Part shown: in pieces, positions 1 to 8,308 of the stretch
How positions within the stretch are numbered: position 1 is the first letter of the stretch
Layout of the letters: each line of letters begins with the position of its first letter
Assembly (NCBI GenBank): GCA_964386665.1
Contig: CAYLQP010000002.1
Coordinates: 64,105-128,104 of the forward strand
DNA: 64,000 bases
Direction of reading: 5' to 3'
Origin: an uncultured Candidatus Saccharibacteria bacterium
GTDB taxonomy: Bacteria; Patescibacteriota; Minisyncoccia; Phycocordibacterales; CAIRYW01
The notes under the pieces: model-generated
Databases searched by the model: none
The model's input: the letters and a program-made list of their open reading frames with translations, nothing else
What the model was told of the DNA's origin: nothing
Program-made: the position numbers and the translations under genes

Positions 1-2
1 AG

Positions 3-152
3 ATTGGTGACAAGATCAGTAAGGCAGATAAAGAAGGAATCAAACAAATAATTGTTATAGGTGAAGAAGAAGTTGCTTCTGGAATTTTAAAAATCAAAAA
101 CCTAGAAACAAAAGAAGAAGTAACAGTCACATTAAAAGAAATAATAAAATAA
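3..152 (+). CDS. 3' end of a class II aminoacyl-tRNA synthetase (anticodon-binding domain, HisRS/ThrRS/ProRS/GlyRS-type); partial, runs off the window start
   Basis: Frame-3 translation IGDKISKADKEGIKQIIVIGEEEVASGILKIKNLETKEEVTVTLKEIIK* resembles the C-terminal anticodon-binding domain of class II aaRS (HisRS-like '..VIGEDE...G.V.VK.L.T.EQ..V'). Stop TAA at 150-152. Confidence 0.4.
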   Translation: MGDKISKADKEGIKQIIVIGEEEVASGILKIKNLETKEEVTVTLKEIIK

Positions 153-153
153 A

Positions 154-618
154 ATGAATCCAGAAAGAAATCCTCAACAAGACCAAACATCTGAAACACC
201 CTATGGACAAATACCTAAAGAGTACGAAATGAGCGTTGGTGTAATATTAATAGATATTGCTGAAAACAAAGAAAAACGTACCCAAAAAAATATTATGGGT
301 CAACTAGAAGAAGAGTGGGAGAAAATAGTTGATGAAAAAGAACGAGCAATTCATAAAACGGACTATTGTATGAGATATATAAATACGATAATAAAGAAAC
401 AAATTGAAGTAATCAGTGAAGTAATAATTTCTTCCAGAGAAAAATTTAGTCAAATATTGTCAAACGAAACTTTTTTAAATGATTTAAAAATATATATAGA
501 TGACATATTAGAATTTCTTAAAGAATTCAATGAATTTATGGGTACAAAAAATATTGAACCTGAGTTACAACAAAGAGTCGAGGAAATTCAAACATTACTA
601 TCTTCTAATACAGAATAA
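154..618 (+). CDS. hypothetical helical protein (154 aa)
   Basis: Intact ORF packed 1 nt after the upstream stop. No recognisable motif. Confidence 0.45.
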   Translation: MNPERNPQQDQTSETPYGQIPKEYEMSVGVILIDIAENKEKRTQKNIMGQLEEEWEKIVDEKERAIHKTDYCMRYINTIIKKQIEVISEVIISSREKFSQILSNETFLNDLKIYIDDILEFLKEFNEFMGTKNIEPELQQRVEEIQTLLSSNTE

Positions 619-621
619 AAT

Positions 622-1197
622 ATGAAAAAAATCATCTTTGACATCGAAACACGGAACATCTTTGATGATGTGGGCAAAAACGACCCAACACTACTTGATA
701 TATCACTTGTTGGTGTATATGACTCGTCTACAAATGAATATTCAAGTTATCTTCAAGAAGATCTGCCAAAACTTTGGCCACTTATCGAAAGCGCTGATGT
801 ACTCATTACATTCAACGGCGACCATTTCGATATCCCTCTATTAAACAAATACTATGCAGGAGACCTTACCAAGATACGAAGTCTTGATCTACTTGTAGAG
901 TTCCGTAAGGCACTTGGGAGACGAGTAGGGCTTGGTAACATCGCCGAAGCAACTCTTGGAGTTGGTAAAAGTGGCAATGGACTTGAAGCGGTCAAATGGT
1001 GGAAAGAAGGAAATATCGAAGATATCCGTACGTATTGCCTCCAAGACGTAAAGGTAACAAAAGATATTTATGAATACGCACTCAAAGAAGGCAAACTCTT
1101 TTACAAGGATGGAGAAACAAAAAAAGAGGTGAACATAGACACATCCGGGTGGGAAAAAGAAGAAGACTCTGCAATGACATTTTCACTTCCCTTTTAA
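622..1197 (+). CDS. DEDDy-type 3'-5' exonuclease, RNase H-like fold (YprB / PolB-exonuclease-related family)
   Basis: Exo I motif FDIETRN, Exo II FNGDHFDIPLL, Exo III YCLQDV (Tyr-x3-Asp). Size about 190 aa, typical of the RNase_H_2 family. Confidence 0.6.
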   Translation: MKKIIFDIETRNIFDDVGKNDPTLLDISLVGVYDSSTNEYSSYLQEDLPKLWPLIESADVLITFNGDHFDIPLLNKYYAGDLTKIRSLDLLVEFRKALGRRVGLGNIAEATLGVGKSGNGLEAVKWWKEGNIEDIRTYCLQDVKVTKDIYEYALKEGKLFYKDGETKKEVNIDTSGWEKEEDSAMTFSLPF

Positions 1198-1241
1198 ATG
1201 AAGTATAATAACATCTATCATTAAAAATTAATTATTTATGT

Positions 1242-1961
1242 ATGGAAGAACAAAAACCAAAAAACAATCTTGCTATCCCATTTGCAATCATAATTGCGGG
1301 AGCACTTATCGCTGGAGCAGTTATTTTTACAAGCAAAAATAAACAACAAGCACCAACAGATTCTCAAGTACAAAAAGCTGATGTAAAAATAAGAGAAATT
1401 TCATCAAGTGATCATATCCTTGGTAACCCAAAAGCAGAAATTGTTGTTGTGGAATATTCTGATTTTGAATGCCCATTTTGCCAATCATTCCACAGTGCAA
1501 TGAAACAAATAATGGATGAGTACGGTAAGGATGGAAAAGTTGCTTGGGTATATCGACATTTCTGGGCAGAACGAAAAACTCAAACTGGTCAAATATTTCA
1601 CCCTTACGGAGGAGTGGCAGCAGAAGCAAGTGAGTGTGTAGCTGAGCTTGGTGGAAACGAAAAGTTTTGGGCATTTGCAAACGGTCTCTTAGAGTCACAG
1701 CAAACTCAAAGTACAAAAATCAAAGACCTCAGTAGTATGGCAACAAGTATCGGAATAGATAAGACTGCGTTTGATACGTGTGCTTCAAGTCGCAAATACA
1801 AAGATGCAGTACAAAAGGAATACGATGAAGCAGTTAAGTTAGGTGTTTCTGGAACTCCAACATCATTCTTGGTGTCAAAGGCAGGAACATTTCCTATTGA
1901 AGGAGCTCTTCCTTACGCTGAACTCAAAAAAGCAATCGAACAAGTTCTTGAGTTGAACTAA
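1242..1961 (+). CDS. DsbA-like thiol:disulfide oxidoreductase with N-terminal TM anchor
   Basis: N-terminal hydrophobic helix. Thioredoxin-fold CxxC active site in VVVEYSDFECPFCQSFH. DsbA-like length. Confidence 0.75.
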   Translation: MEEQKPKNNLAIPFAIIIAGALIAGAVIFTSKNKQQAPTDSQVQKADVKIREISSSDHILGNPKAEIVVVEYSDFECPFCQSFHSAMKQIMDEYGKDGKVAWVYRHFWAERKTQTGQIFHPYGGVAAEASECVAELGGNEKFWAFANGLLESQQTQSTKIKDLSSMATSIGIDKTAFDTCASSRKYKDAVQKEYDEAVKLGVSGTPTSFLVSKAGTFPIEGALPYAELKKAIEQVLELN

Positions 1962-1971
1962 GGTTTCAAAA

Positions 1972-2005
1972 AACTCCCCGCAAGCTTCGCTTGCGGGGAG
2001 TTTTT
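1972..2005. terminator. bidirectional intrinsic terminator between convergent genes
   Basis: ctccccgcaagc-ttcg-cttgcggggag perfect hairpin flanked by A-run and T-run (aaaaaactcccc...ggggagttttt). Confidence 0.6.
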
Positions 2006-2026
2006 CTTTGCTTACTTCTTTTGTTG

Positions 2027-4939
2027 TTAGAGTACAAATCCCCCTCGACAAAACTCACAAGTCTCGTCTTCACATTTTTTTGAAAGAAACTTCCCTTCAT
2101 ATATTTCAACAAGTACATCTGAAAGCGTCTTCGTAATTTCTTCTTTGTCTTTTTCTTCGAGTACAAAACGCTCAGTAAGTGTCTTGCCTTTTTCAGGTGT
2201 CAAAAACGTAAGCGATCCCTCTGTCACCCGCTCATTTTCTCGTGAACGCTCCCACAATAACTTATAAAACTGAAGTTGCCGATATTCGTTACCCGAATCA
2301 GTTTTGGTAAGACCTTTGATTGCATTTGGGGTCATTCGTTTCTTTGATTTGAAATCAATTACATTTACTTCATTGTTCTGCATTATTGCAAGGTCAATCT
2401 TTCCATTAATAAGAATCTCAAACGAATCATTATCAGTTGCAACGTTCAAAGGAAAATTAAAGCTTTCTTCCACAAATACTTGTGTATCTCCAAACCCATC
2501 AAAGGTCTTTGTATAAGCTTCGATGTTCTCAGTTACCTTTGTTAGTGCGAGCGGAAGATCAATCTGCGAAAACGGTTGTCGACTGACTTCTTCTTTGATG
2601 ATTTGTGTTAAGGCTTCGCCACTTAACGTTTCTCCTCGCTTTGCTTTCAGATGCAATCGTCGCAGCACTTCGTGACAACTTGTTCCAAGCAGAGCACTAA
2701 ACTCAAGTACATCAGGAATGAGCAAAAGGTTTCGGAAGAGGTATCTATACGGACATTCTAAATAGTTATTAAGAGCCGAAACCGAAAACCCTCGTTTGAG
2801 AAACCGTTCTCGAAGGCTTGCTTTTATATCACTTGAGAAATCGTCCGTGACCTGAAGTAGATCAATAGCAACCACCGTGTTTGGACACTGTGTTCGCTTC
2901 ACCAAAGAAGAATCAAGTTCATCAAGTAGCACGCTCGGTGCAAGCGCGTCATCTTTTCTTCCAAGAAGTGCGTACGAAAGCACGACATGTTGTTTTGCTC
3001 GAGTGATTGCTACATACAAGAGCCGTCGTTCTTCAGCAAGTTCTTTTTGGGTGCCGAGTCCTGGAACTTGAAGCGAATCACTTCTTTTTCTGTCTTTTTC
3101 AAATGCTTTGTCGGTTACTCCAAGTACAAAGACTGTATCAAATTCAAGTCCTTTTGATTTGTGAATCGAACAAAGAGTGACGTTTGAATCAAGTTCTACA
3201 AGGTGTGAAAGCGGAGTGATGTTATGTTTTTGGATCAAATCCAAATGCGCGACAAGGTCTGCGAGCATTGCGTTTCGCTTCTTGAGCGTCAATTTTTCGG
3301 CTTCGGTAAATACAAGTTTTAATATTTCATAGAGTTCGGTTTTATCAGAAAGAATAATCTTTTCTCGAAGGAGCTTCAAAAACGCAAGCAAAGGAAGTCT
3401 AAGTGCTTGCTCAACTAACTCCAATACTACTTCTTTTGTCTTCACAAAAGACTCTTTGTCTTCAAGAGGATAATCAGTTTTTTTTGAAAGAAAGACATCA
3501 CCAAATGTTCGTCTTTCTTCTTTTGCAAGATCTTGAAGAAAAAATATATCACGAATACTCATCTCAAAAAATCCAAAAAAAAGTGTTTTTACCAAATCTC
3601 CTTTTTGCCATGGAGAAACAACCGCCTTAAGCAAGGTGACTATCTTTTGATATTCAAGACTCTCAAACAAAGATTTTTCACCTTTGAGCGAGTATGGCAC
3701 ATTGAGCGCTTTCAAAAACATCGCGAGTCGCGATAATGTATCGTTGTTACGTGCGAGCACTGCAACCGTCTCATCTTGAGCACGCTCTAAACACTCTTTG
3801 ACTTTGTAGGCAACTGCTTGCAACTCTTGTTCTTCATCTGTATATTCGTTAATTTCGATTGGTTTTTCTTCAAAAGAGGCACGAGCAGACAGTTTTGTGT
3901 GATGCATTCCATCACTTACAATCAAAGAATGACTCGCATCAAGAATCGTTTTATGTGATCGATAGTTTTCTTCCAGATCAATCTTGAGAGCATCTGGAAA
4001 AAGCTCCTTAAATGAGTAGAAGTTTTCAAGACTTGCTCCCTGGAACCGAAAGATTGATTGCTTATCATCTCCTACAACAAACAAGTTTGGTGGATCGATA
4101 GCGGTCGGGTCACTAAAAAATTTCAAAATCTCGTTTTGTGCCCCATTGGCATCTTGATGCTCATCAGCCAAAATAAACTGAAAACTTTCTCGCATCTCTG
4201 TTTGCATCAATGGGTTTTCTTTGAGTGCGTAAATCAAACCAATGATCGTATCATCAAAATCATAAATCCCTCTTTCTTTCAATTTCTTCTCGTATAATTC
4301 AAAAAGCGAAACAAACTCTTTCATTCGGGTGAAGTACTTTTGTTTGCGTTCTATTTCGTTTTCGTATGTCTTGGTCTTTTTTTCTACTCCTTCGATTTCT
4401 TCTTGAAATGACGCTTCTTCAGCAAGTACAAGAGAAAGAAGTTTCGCAGGGTCAATATATTCACGCTTGAGCTCACTGATCCGAGTCTTGATTCCCTTTA
4501 CTGTTGTACCAAAAGTTGAAACACGTAATTCTTGAAAAGAAACCTCTTCAAAAATCTCCTCGATTACTTCGATCGCATCCAAATCATTTGCAGGAATCCT
4601 GTCACCTATATGTTTGAAGTTTTCTGGATAAAGGGCGCGCATATAGTTAGCAAACGCATGGAAGGTGTATATATGCACTCGAAATGATGCATCACCGATA
4701 ATTTCTCGTAGCTTTTCTCTCATTGCCTTAACCCCCGAATCAGTAAAAGTAATTGCCAAAATCTCTTCTGGTTTTGCATCGGTTTGACGTAAGATATTTG
4801 CAATACGAAGTGTCAAAACAGTTGTCTTACCAGTTCCAGGACCCGCAATGACCATCACAGGACCGTATACGGTGTCTACCGCTTCCTTTTGTTTGGGATT
4901 AAGTGCCTTATATTTGCGATCAAATACTTCTTGATTCAT
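2027..4939 (-). CDS. UvrD/PcrA-family SF1 helicase fused to a C-terminal RecB/AddB-type PD-(D/E)XK nuclease domain with Cys cluster (single-chain AddA/AdnB-like helicase-nuclease)
   Basis: Walker A AGPGTGKTT near the N-terminus and UvrD-type helicase motifs throughout. C-terminal nuclease-like region carrying CPYRYLF...C...CEDETCEFC (Cas4/AddB-like 4-Cys Fe-S arrangement). Confidence 0.8.
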   Translation of the reverse strand: MNQEVFDRKYKALNPKQKEAVDTVYGPVMVIAGPGTGKTTVLTLRIANILRQTDAKPEEILAITFTDSGVKAMREKLREIIGDASFRVHIYTFHAFANYMRALYPENFKHIGDRIPANDLDAIEVIEEIFEEVSFQELRVSTFGTTVKGIKTRISELKREYIDPAKLLSLVLAEEASFQEEIEGVEKKTKTYENEIERKQKYFTRMKEFVSLFELYEKKLKERGIYDFDDTIIGLIYALKENPLMQTEMRESFQFILADEHQDANGAQNEILKFFSDPTAIDPPNLFVVGDDKQSIFRFQGASLENFYSFKELFPDALKIDLEENYRSHKTILDASHSLIVSDGMHHTKLSARASFEEKPIEINEYTDEEQELQAVAYKVKECLERAQDETVAVLARNNDTLSRLAMFLKALNVPYSLKGEKSLFESLEYQKIVTLLKAVVSPWQKGDLVKTLFFGFFEMSIRDIFFLQDLAKEERRTFGDVFLSKKTDYPLEDKESFVKTKEVVLELVEQALRLPLLAFLKLLREKIILSDKTELYEILKLVFTEAEKLTLKKRNAMLADLVAHLDLIQKHNITPLSHLVELDSNVTLCSIHKSKGLEFDTVFVLGVTDKAFEKDRKRSDSLQVPGLGTQKELAEERRLLYVAITRAKQHVVLSYALLGRKDDALAPSVLLDELDSSLVKRTQCPNTVVAIDLLQVTDDFSSDIKASLRERFLKRGFSVSALNNYLECPYRYLFRNLLLIPDVLEFSALLGTSCHEVLRRLHLKAKRGETLSGEALTQIIKEEVSRQPFSQIDLPLALTKVTENIEAYTKTFDGFGDTQVFVEESFNFPLNVATDNDSFEILINGKIDLAIMQNNEVNVIDFKSKKRMTPNAIKGLTKTDSGNEYRQLQFYKLLWERSRENERVTEGSLTFLTPEKGKTLTERFVLEEKDKEEITKTLSDVLVEIYEGKFLSKKCEDETCEFCRGGFVL

Positions 4940-5149
4940 TCCTTGATTATAACATCAAATAGGGTTGGGATTAAAAGAGGAGGAAAAAATGTTTAAAAAA
5001 GAAAAAGAACCTGTAGAAGAGGTGGTGCTTTTTGGTCAACCAGTCTGACGACTTAAAATCTGGGATCCAGAAGCGGTGGAGCGAAGTCGGCGCCGACTAG
5101 AAGGCATGAGATCATTTCCAGCCCGTTCTTTGAGACCTAGCGCAACAAA

Positions 5150-5178
5150 GCAGAGCGGCTAACCCCGCTCTTTTTTTA
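5150..5178 (+). terminator. intrinsic terminator ending the GC-rich noncoding island
   Basis: gagcgg-ctaacc-ccgctc hairpin followed by TTTTTTT. Nearly the same sequence as the terminator at 5508-5534. Confidence 0.55.
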
Positions 5179-5181
5179 TGA

Positions 5182-5210
5182 TTGACTAAATACGAAATAT
5201 TTAGTATAGT
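5182..5210 (+). promoter_or_regulatory. sigma70-type promoter for the 5219 gene (leaderless)
   Basis: TTGACT, 17-nt spacer, TATAGT, then only 8 nt before the ATG at 5219. Confidence 0.5.
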
Positions 5211-5218
5211 GCGGATCT

Positions 5219-5518
5219 ATGAGTTCATTAACTAGAATACTCGGGGTGCTGGGAGGGCTCAGTTTAGCTCTCACGTTCTACATAGTCATGCATCTGAAGG
5301 ACCAGAACATGCTCCTTGCGGGCATGATAAACTCCTTGGAGGATCAGGTGGTACGACTCAATATCATTGAGGCGTACCAAAGAGAAAAGTTCCCTCGAGG
5401 ACTTACTCCAGAGGAGCGCCTCGAATGGTTCATCAATTCAAACCACCTGGACCAAGACCGGATCAGATACTATGGATTGGAAAAGGTGCTTCTAAAAACA
5501 CCCGCTCAAGAGCAGTAA
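5219..5518 (+). CDS. small membrane protein (99 aa), hypothetical
   Basis: N-terminal TM helix (LGVLGGLSLALTFYIVM). Own promoter and own terminator. Confidence 0.5.
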   Translation: MSSLTRILGVLGGLSLALTFYIVMHLKDQNMLLAGMINSLEDQVVRLNIIEAYQREKFPRGLTPEERLEWFINSNHLDQDRIRYYGLEKVLLKTPAQEQ

Positions 5519-5534
5519 CCCTGCTCTTTTTTTA
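5508..5534 (+). terminator. intrinsic terminator overlapping the stop codon
   Basis: aagagcag-taacc-ctgctct followed by TTTTTTT. Confidence 0.55.
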
Positions 5535-5568
5535 TTTTCCTCTCTCCACCCTCCTTCCCTAAATAACG

Positions 5569-5662
5569 AAACATAATTTTTGAGGGGGCTTCGAGGCTGA
5601 CTGAGCCGAGAACTTCAGGAATTTTTCGGCAGAAAAATTCCGTACCCTCAAAAATTATGTTT
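5569..5662. repeat. 94-nt palindromic element with perfect 18-bp terminal inverted repeats (MITE-like / complex stem-loop)
   Basis: AAACATAATTTTTGAGGG at 5569-5586 is the exact reverse complement of 5645-5662. Internal perfect 10-bp hairpin ggaatttttc-ggca-gaaaaattcc at 5618-5641. The element ends 2 nt after the gnd stop codon. Confidence 0.5.
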
Positions 5663-5664
5663 GG

Positions 5665-6570
5665 TTATTTACCTACCTCCTTCACATCATGCCCTCCAAA
5701 CATTGTTCGCATAGTCGAAAGAAGCTTGCCTATATACGACGGATTCCCTTGACTCATTGATCTAAAGAAAAGTGAAGTTTGTATCGCAGGTGCTGGAGCG
5801 TTCATTTCTTTTGCTGTATTGACCGTCCATTCTCCTTCTCCAGATGCTGCTACTTCTCCAGAAATTCCATCGAGCTCTTCGCCGAACTTTTGGAAACCAT
5901 CTCCAAGCCACTCCACCAGTCTGCTTTCGATTACGCTTTTCTTTTGATACAGATGTGCTACTTCAGTAAGGCGATAATTAAATGATGAATGTTTTATAAT
6001 ATTAAATCCTTCTGCAATCGATTGCATCATTCCGTATTCAATTCCATTATGTACCATCTTGGCGAAATGTCCCGCACCATATGAGCCGAGATACGCATAC
6101 GCACTTGAAGAATCAGAAATATCAGAAAAGAGTGGCTCAAGTGCATCAAAAGACTTTTTGCTTCCCCCGATCATTAAGCAAGCGCCGTTTCGAGCACCGT
6201 ATGGACCTCCAGATACACCAATATCCAAAAACTCAATCCCAAGTTTTGCAAACTCTTCTCCACGACGAATTGAATCTTTGTAAAAACAATTTCCTCCGTC
6301 AATGACAGTATCTTCTGGTTTCAAAAATGGTTTGATTTCAGAAATTACCTCATCAACCCCTTGATGACTTACCATTATAAACACAAGCTTCTTTCCCGAA
6401 ACCTGTTTAAATGTATCTGCAAGCGTATCAAAGACATGAAGCCCTTCTTCTCTTGCTTTGATTCTTCCTTCTTCACTGCGGTTAAAACAAAATACATTAT
6501 GCCCTTTCTCTTGCATCAAAAGCGCCATTCCTTTTCCCATTTTGCCAAGTCCTATATAAATGATTTGCAT
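5665..6570 (-). CDS. gnd: 6-phosphogluconate dehydrogenase, short-form (about 300 aa, decarboxylating-like)
   Basis: N-terminal Rossmann motif IGLGKMGKGMA. Short-form 6PGDH-like organisation. Directly downstream of zwf. Confidence 0.75.
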   Translation of the reverse strand: MQIIYIGLGKMGKGMALLMQEKGHNVFCFNRSEEGRIKAREEGLHVFDTLADTFKQVSGKKLVFIMVSHQGVDEVISEIKPFLKPEDTVIDGGNCFYKDSIRRGEEFAKLGIEFLDIGVSGGPYGARNGACLMIGGSKKSFDALEPLFSDISDSSSAYAYLGSYGAGHFAKMVHNGIEYGMMQSIAEGFNIIKHSSFNYRLTEVAHLYQKKSVIESRLVEWLGDGFQKFGEELDGISGEVAASGEGEWTVNTAKEMNAPAPAIQTSLFFRSMSQGNPSYIGKLLSTMRTMFGGHDVKEVGK

Positions 6571-6580
6571 ATTCTTGTTC

Positions 6581-7921
6581 TTATTTGTTTTGTATCTCTT
6601 TTGGATCTACTCCTTTTTGATACACTTGTAATGTTTGCGTCTTTCCTTTTTGTTGTATTGCCTCTGCGATCCGCCACTGCTCTTTCACTTCATCAGTTGA
6701 AACAAACAATGTTTGGTCTCCCGCAAGCAAGTCAAGAAGAAGTTTTTCGTAAGGATAGATGAACTGGTTTTCTTTGTTTCCTAGATCAAAACACATCTGT
6801 TTTGATGTATCGTCGTTTACATTGAGATCAACACAGATTGATGCGTCTGGTTGAATCAAAAAATGAATAGCATTTGGCTTCTCTGCAACTGATTTAAAAA
6901 ATACCGAAATACCTGTTTTTGTTTGATTCAACATCTTGCCATGCTCAAGTACAAATGGTACACCAGTCCACTCATCGTTTTCTACAAACAACTCCGCCCT
7001 GAAGTATGTTTCTGTTTGTGAAGTCTCAAATCCTGCTGTTTTGTACCCTTCGTATTGACCAAACACAACATCAGAGACATCTCTAAGCCCCGTTTGCGAA
7101 AGTGTTTGCGCTCTCTGTAAACGGATTTCAGATACAAAGGCTTTCTTCATTGCAATGAGGCTCAAGAGTTCAAGTAAGTGATTTTGACCAAAGTCTCTAA
7201 GCGCACCTACCGCATCATAAAACACCTTCCGAGATTCTATACTGTCTTTTTTCTCATCTTCAAAAGCAAATATATGAACCTTTTCTATATTTTCTTTATT
7301 CCAAATATCACCAAAAAGCGTATTTTCAAATCGAAATGCATATATAGCCTGAACAGTTTCTTTCGCCAAGTAATGATCAATTCGATAAATCTGATCTTCT
7401 TTGAAACTTTGCCCTAAGAGCTCATCGAGAGCAAGAGCATTTGTGAGATTGGATCCGAAAGGTTTTTCTACCACAATCCGAATCCAGGGGGTTGTATGTC
7501 TTAGACTTCCAATACACGGCAAACTCAAACCACTTAAAGAAATGTTTTTAAATATTTCTTCGTAGGTTCCTGGAACCGTTGCAATATAAAATAGCTTGTT
7601 AGAAGAGGCACCAAACCCTTGATCCACCTTGTCGAGAATTTCGCGCAGATCAGTCAATGAGTTTAAATCTGTTGCATCAATACTGTAATAATACAGATGT
7701 TCCAAAAAAGAATTCACTTCGTCCTCTTGTCCTATATGAGCAAGAGCAAGCTTGGCACGTTCACGAAATTCACTATGTGACAAAAGCTTTCTTGAAAGCC
7801 CAATAATCGTATACGTCTCAAAAACTCTTTTCTTCTGACATATATCAAAAAAAGCTTCGGTGAGTTTTTTCTTAAACAAATCGCCGGTCGCTCCGAATAC
7901 AACAATAGTAAGTGGTAACAT
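6581..7921 (-). CDS. zwf: glucose-6-phosphate 1-dehydrogenase
   Basis: FGATGDL NADP-binding motif and the G6PD signature RIDHYLAKE. Confidence 0.9.
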   Translation of the reverse strand: MLPLTIVVFGATGDLFKKKLTEAFFDICQKKRVFETYTIIGLSRKLLSHSEFRERAKLALAHIGQEDEVNSFLEHLYYYSIDATDLNSLTDLREILDKVDQGFGASSNKLFYIATVPGTYEEIFKNISLSGLSLPCIGSLRHTTPWIRIVVEKPFGSNLTNALALDELLGQSFKEDQIYRIDHYLAKETVQAIYAFRFENTLFGDIWNKENIEKVHIFAFEDEKKDSIESRKVFYDAVGALRDFGQNHLLELLSLIAMKKAFVSEIRLQRAQTLSQTGLRDVSDVVFGQYEGYKTAGFETSQTETYFRAELFVENDEWTGVPFVLEHGKMLNQTKTGISVFFKSVAEKPNAIHFLIQPDASICVDLNVNDDTSKQMCFDLGNKENQFIYPYEKLLLDLLAGDQTLFVSTDEVKEQWRIAEAIQQKGKTQTLQVYQKGVDPKEIQNK

Positions 7922-7923
7922 AA

Positions 7924-8289
7924 TTAAAATGACATTCCTCCGTGTCTTTGGATATCAAGGGTTTTTGATCGAATATCACTTTCAATAACTCTTGATTCTC
8001 CTTCCAGAGTACGGAGTTCTGATTCTGTACGTCGAATAAGATCAAGTATATGCGGATCTCGACGACCAGATTTAAGCTTCACTAACTCTCGTTTGAGGTT
8101 TTGTACTTGCCCTAGAACTCTTTGATGTTCGAGTCTTCGATGAGAGATTTCGTGCTTTAACAAATCATTTTCTCTTGCCTTCATTTGCTTTTCTCGCATC
8201 TCTTTTTCTCGAAGCATACGACCAGCCGCATTATTGTATGTTTGTTGACCAGCAATATTTACATTTTTATTTAAATCTCCAAGTGACAT
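7924..8289 (-). CDS. coiled-coil hypothetical protein (about 121 aa); the 5' extension in the ORF track was trimmed
   Basis: The ORF-track start at 8424 would overlap the upstream gene by 116 nt. The internal ATG at 8289 (MSLGDLNK...) lies just after the upstream stop at 8309. Charged heptad-like sequence. Stop is coupled to the zwf start. Confidence 0.4.
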   Translation of the reverse strand: MSLGDLNKNVNIAGQQTYNNAAGRMLREKEMREKQMKARENDLLKHEISHRRLEHQRVLGQVQNLKRELVKLKSGRRDPHILDLIRRTESELRTLEGESRVIESDIRSKTLDIQRHGGMSF

Positions 8290-8308
8290 ATGTATATTGT
8301 ATCGTATC

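Noticed and set aside
1327-1716. 129-aa minus-strand ORF inside the DsbA-like gene
   Set aside because: Antisense to a gene carrying a clear CPFC thioredoxin motif. No start context.
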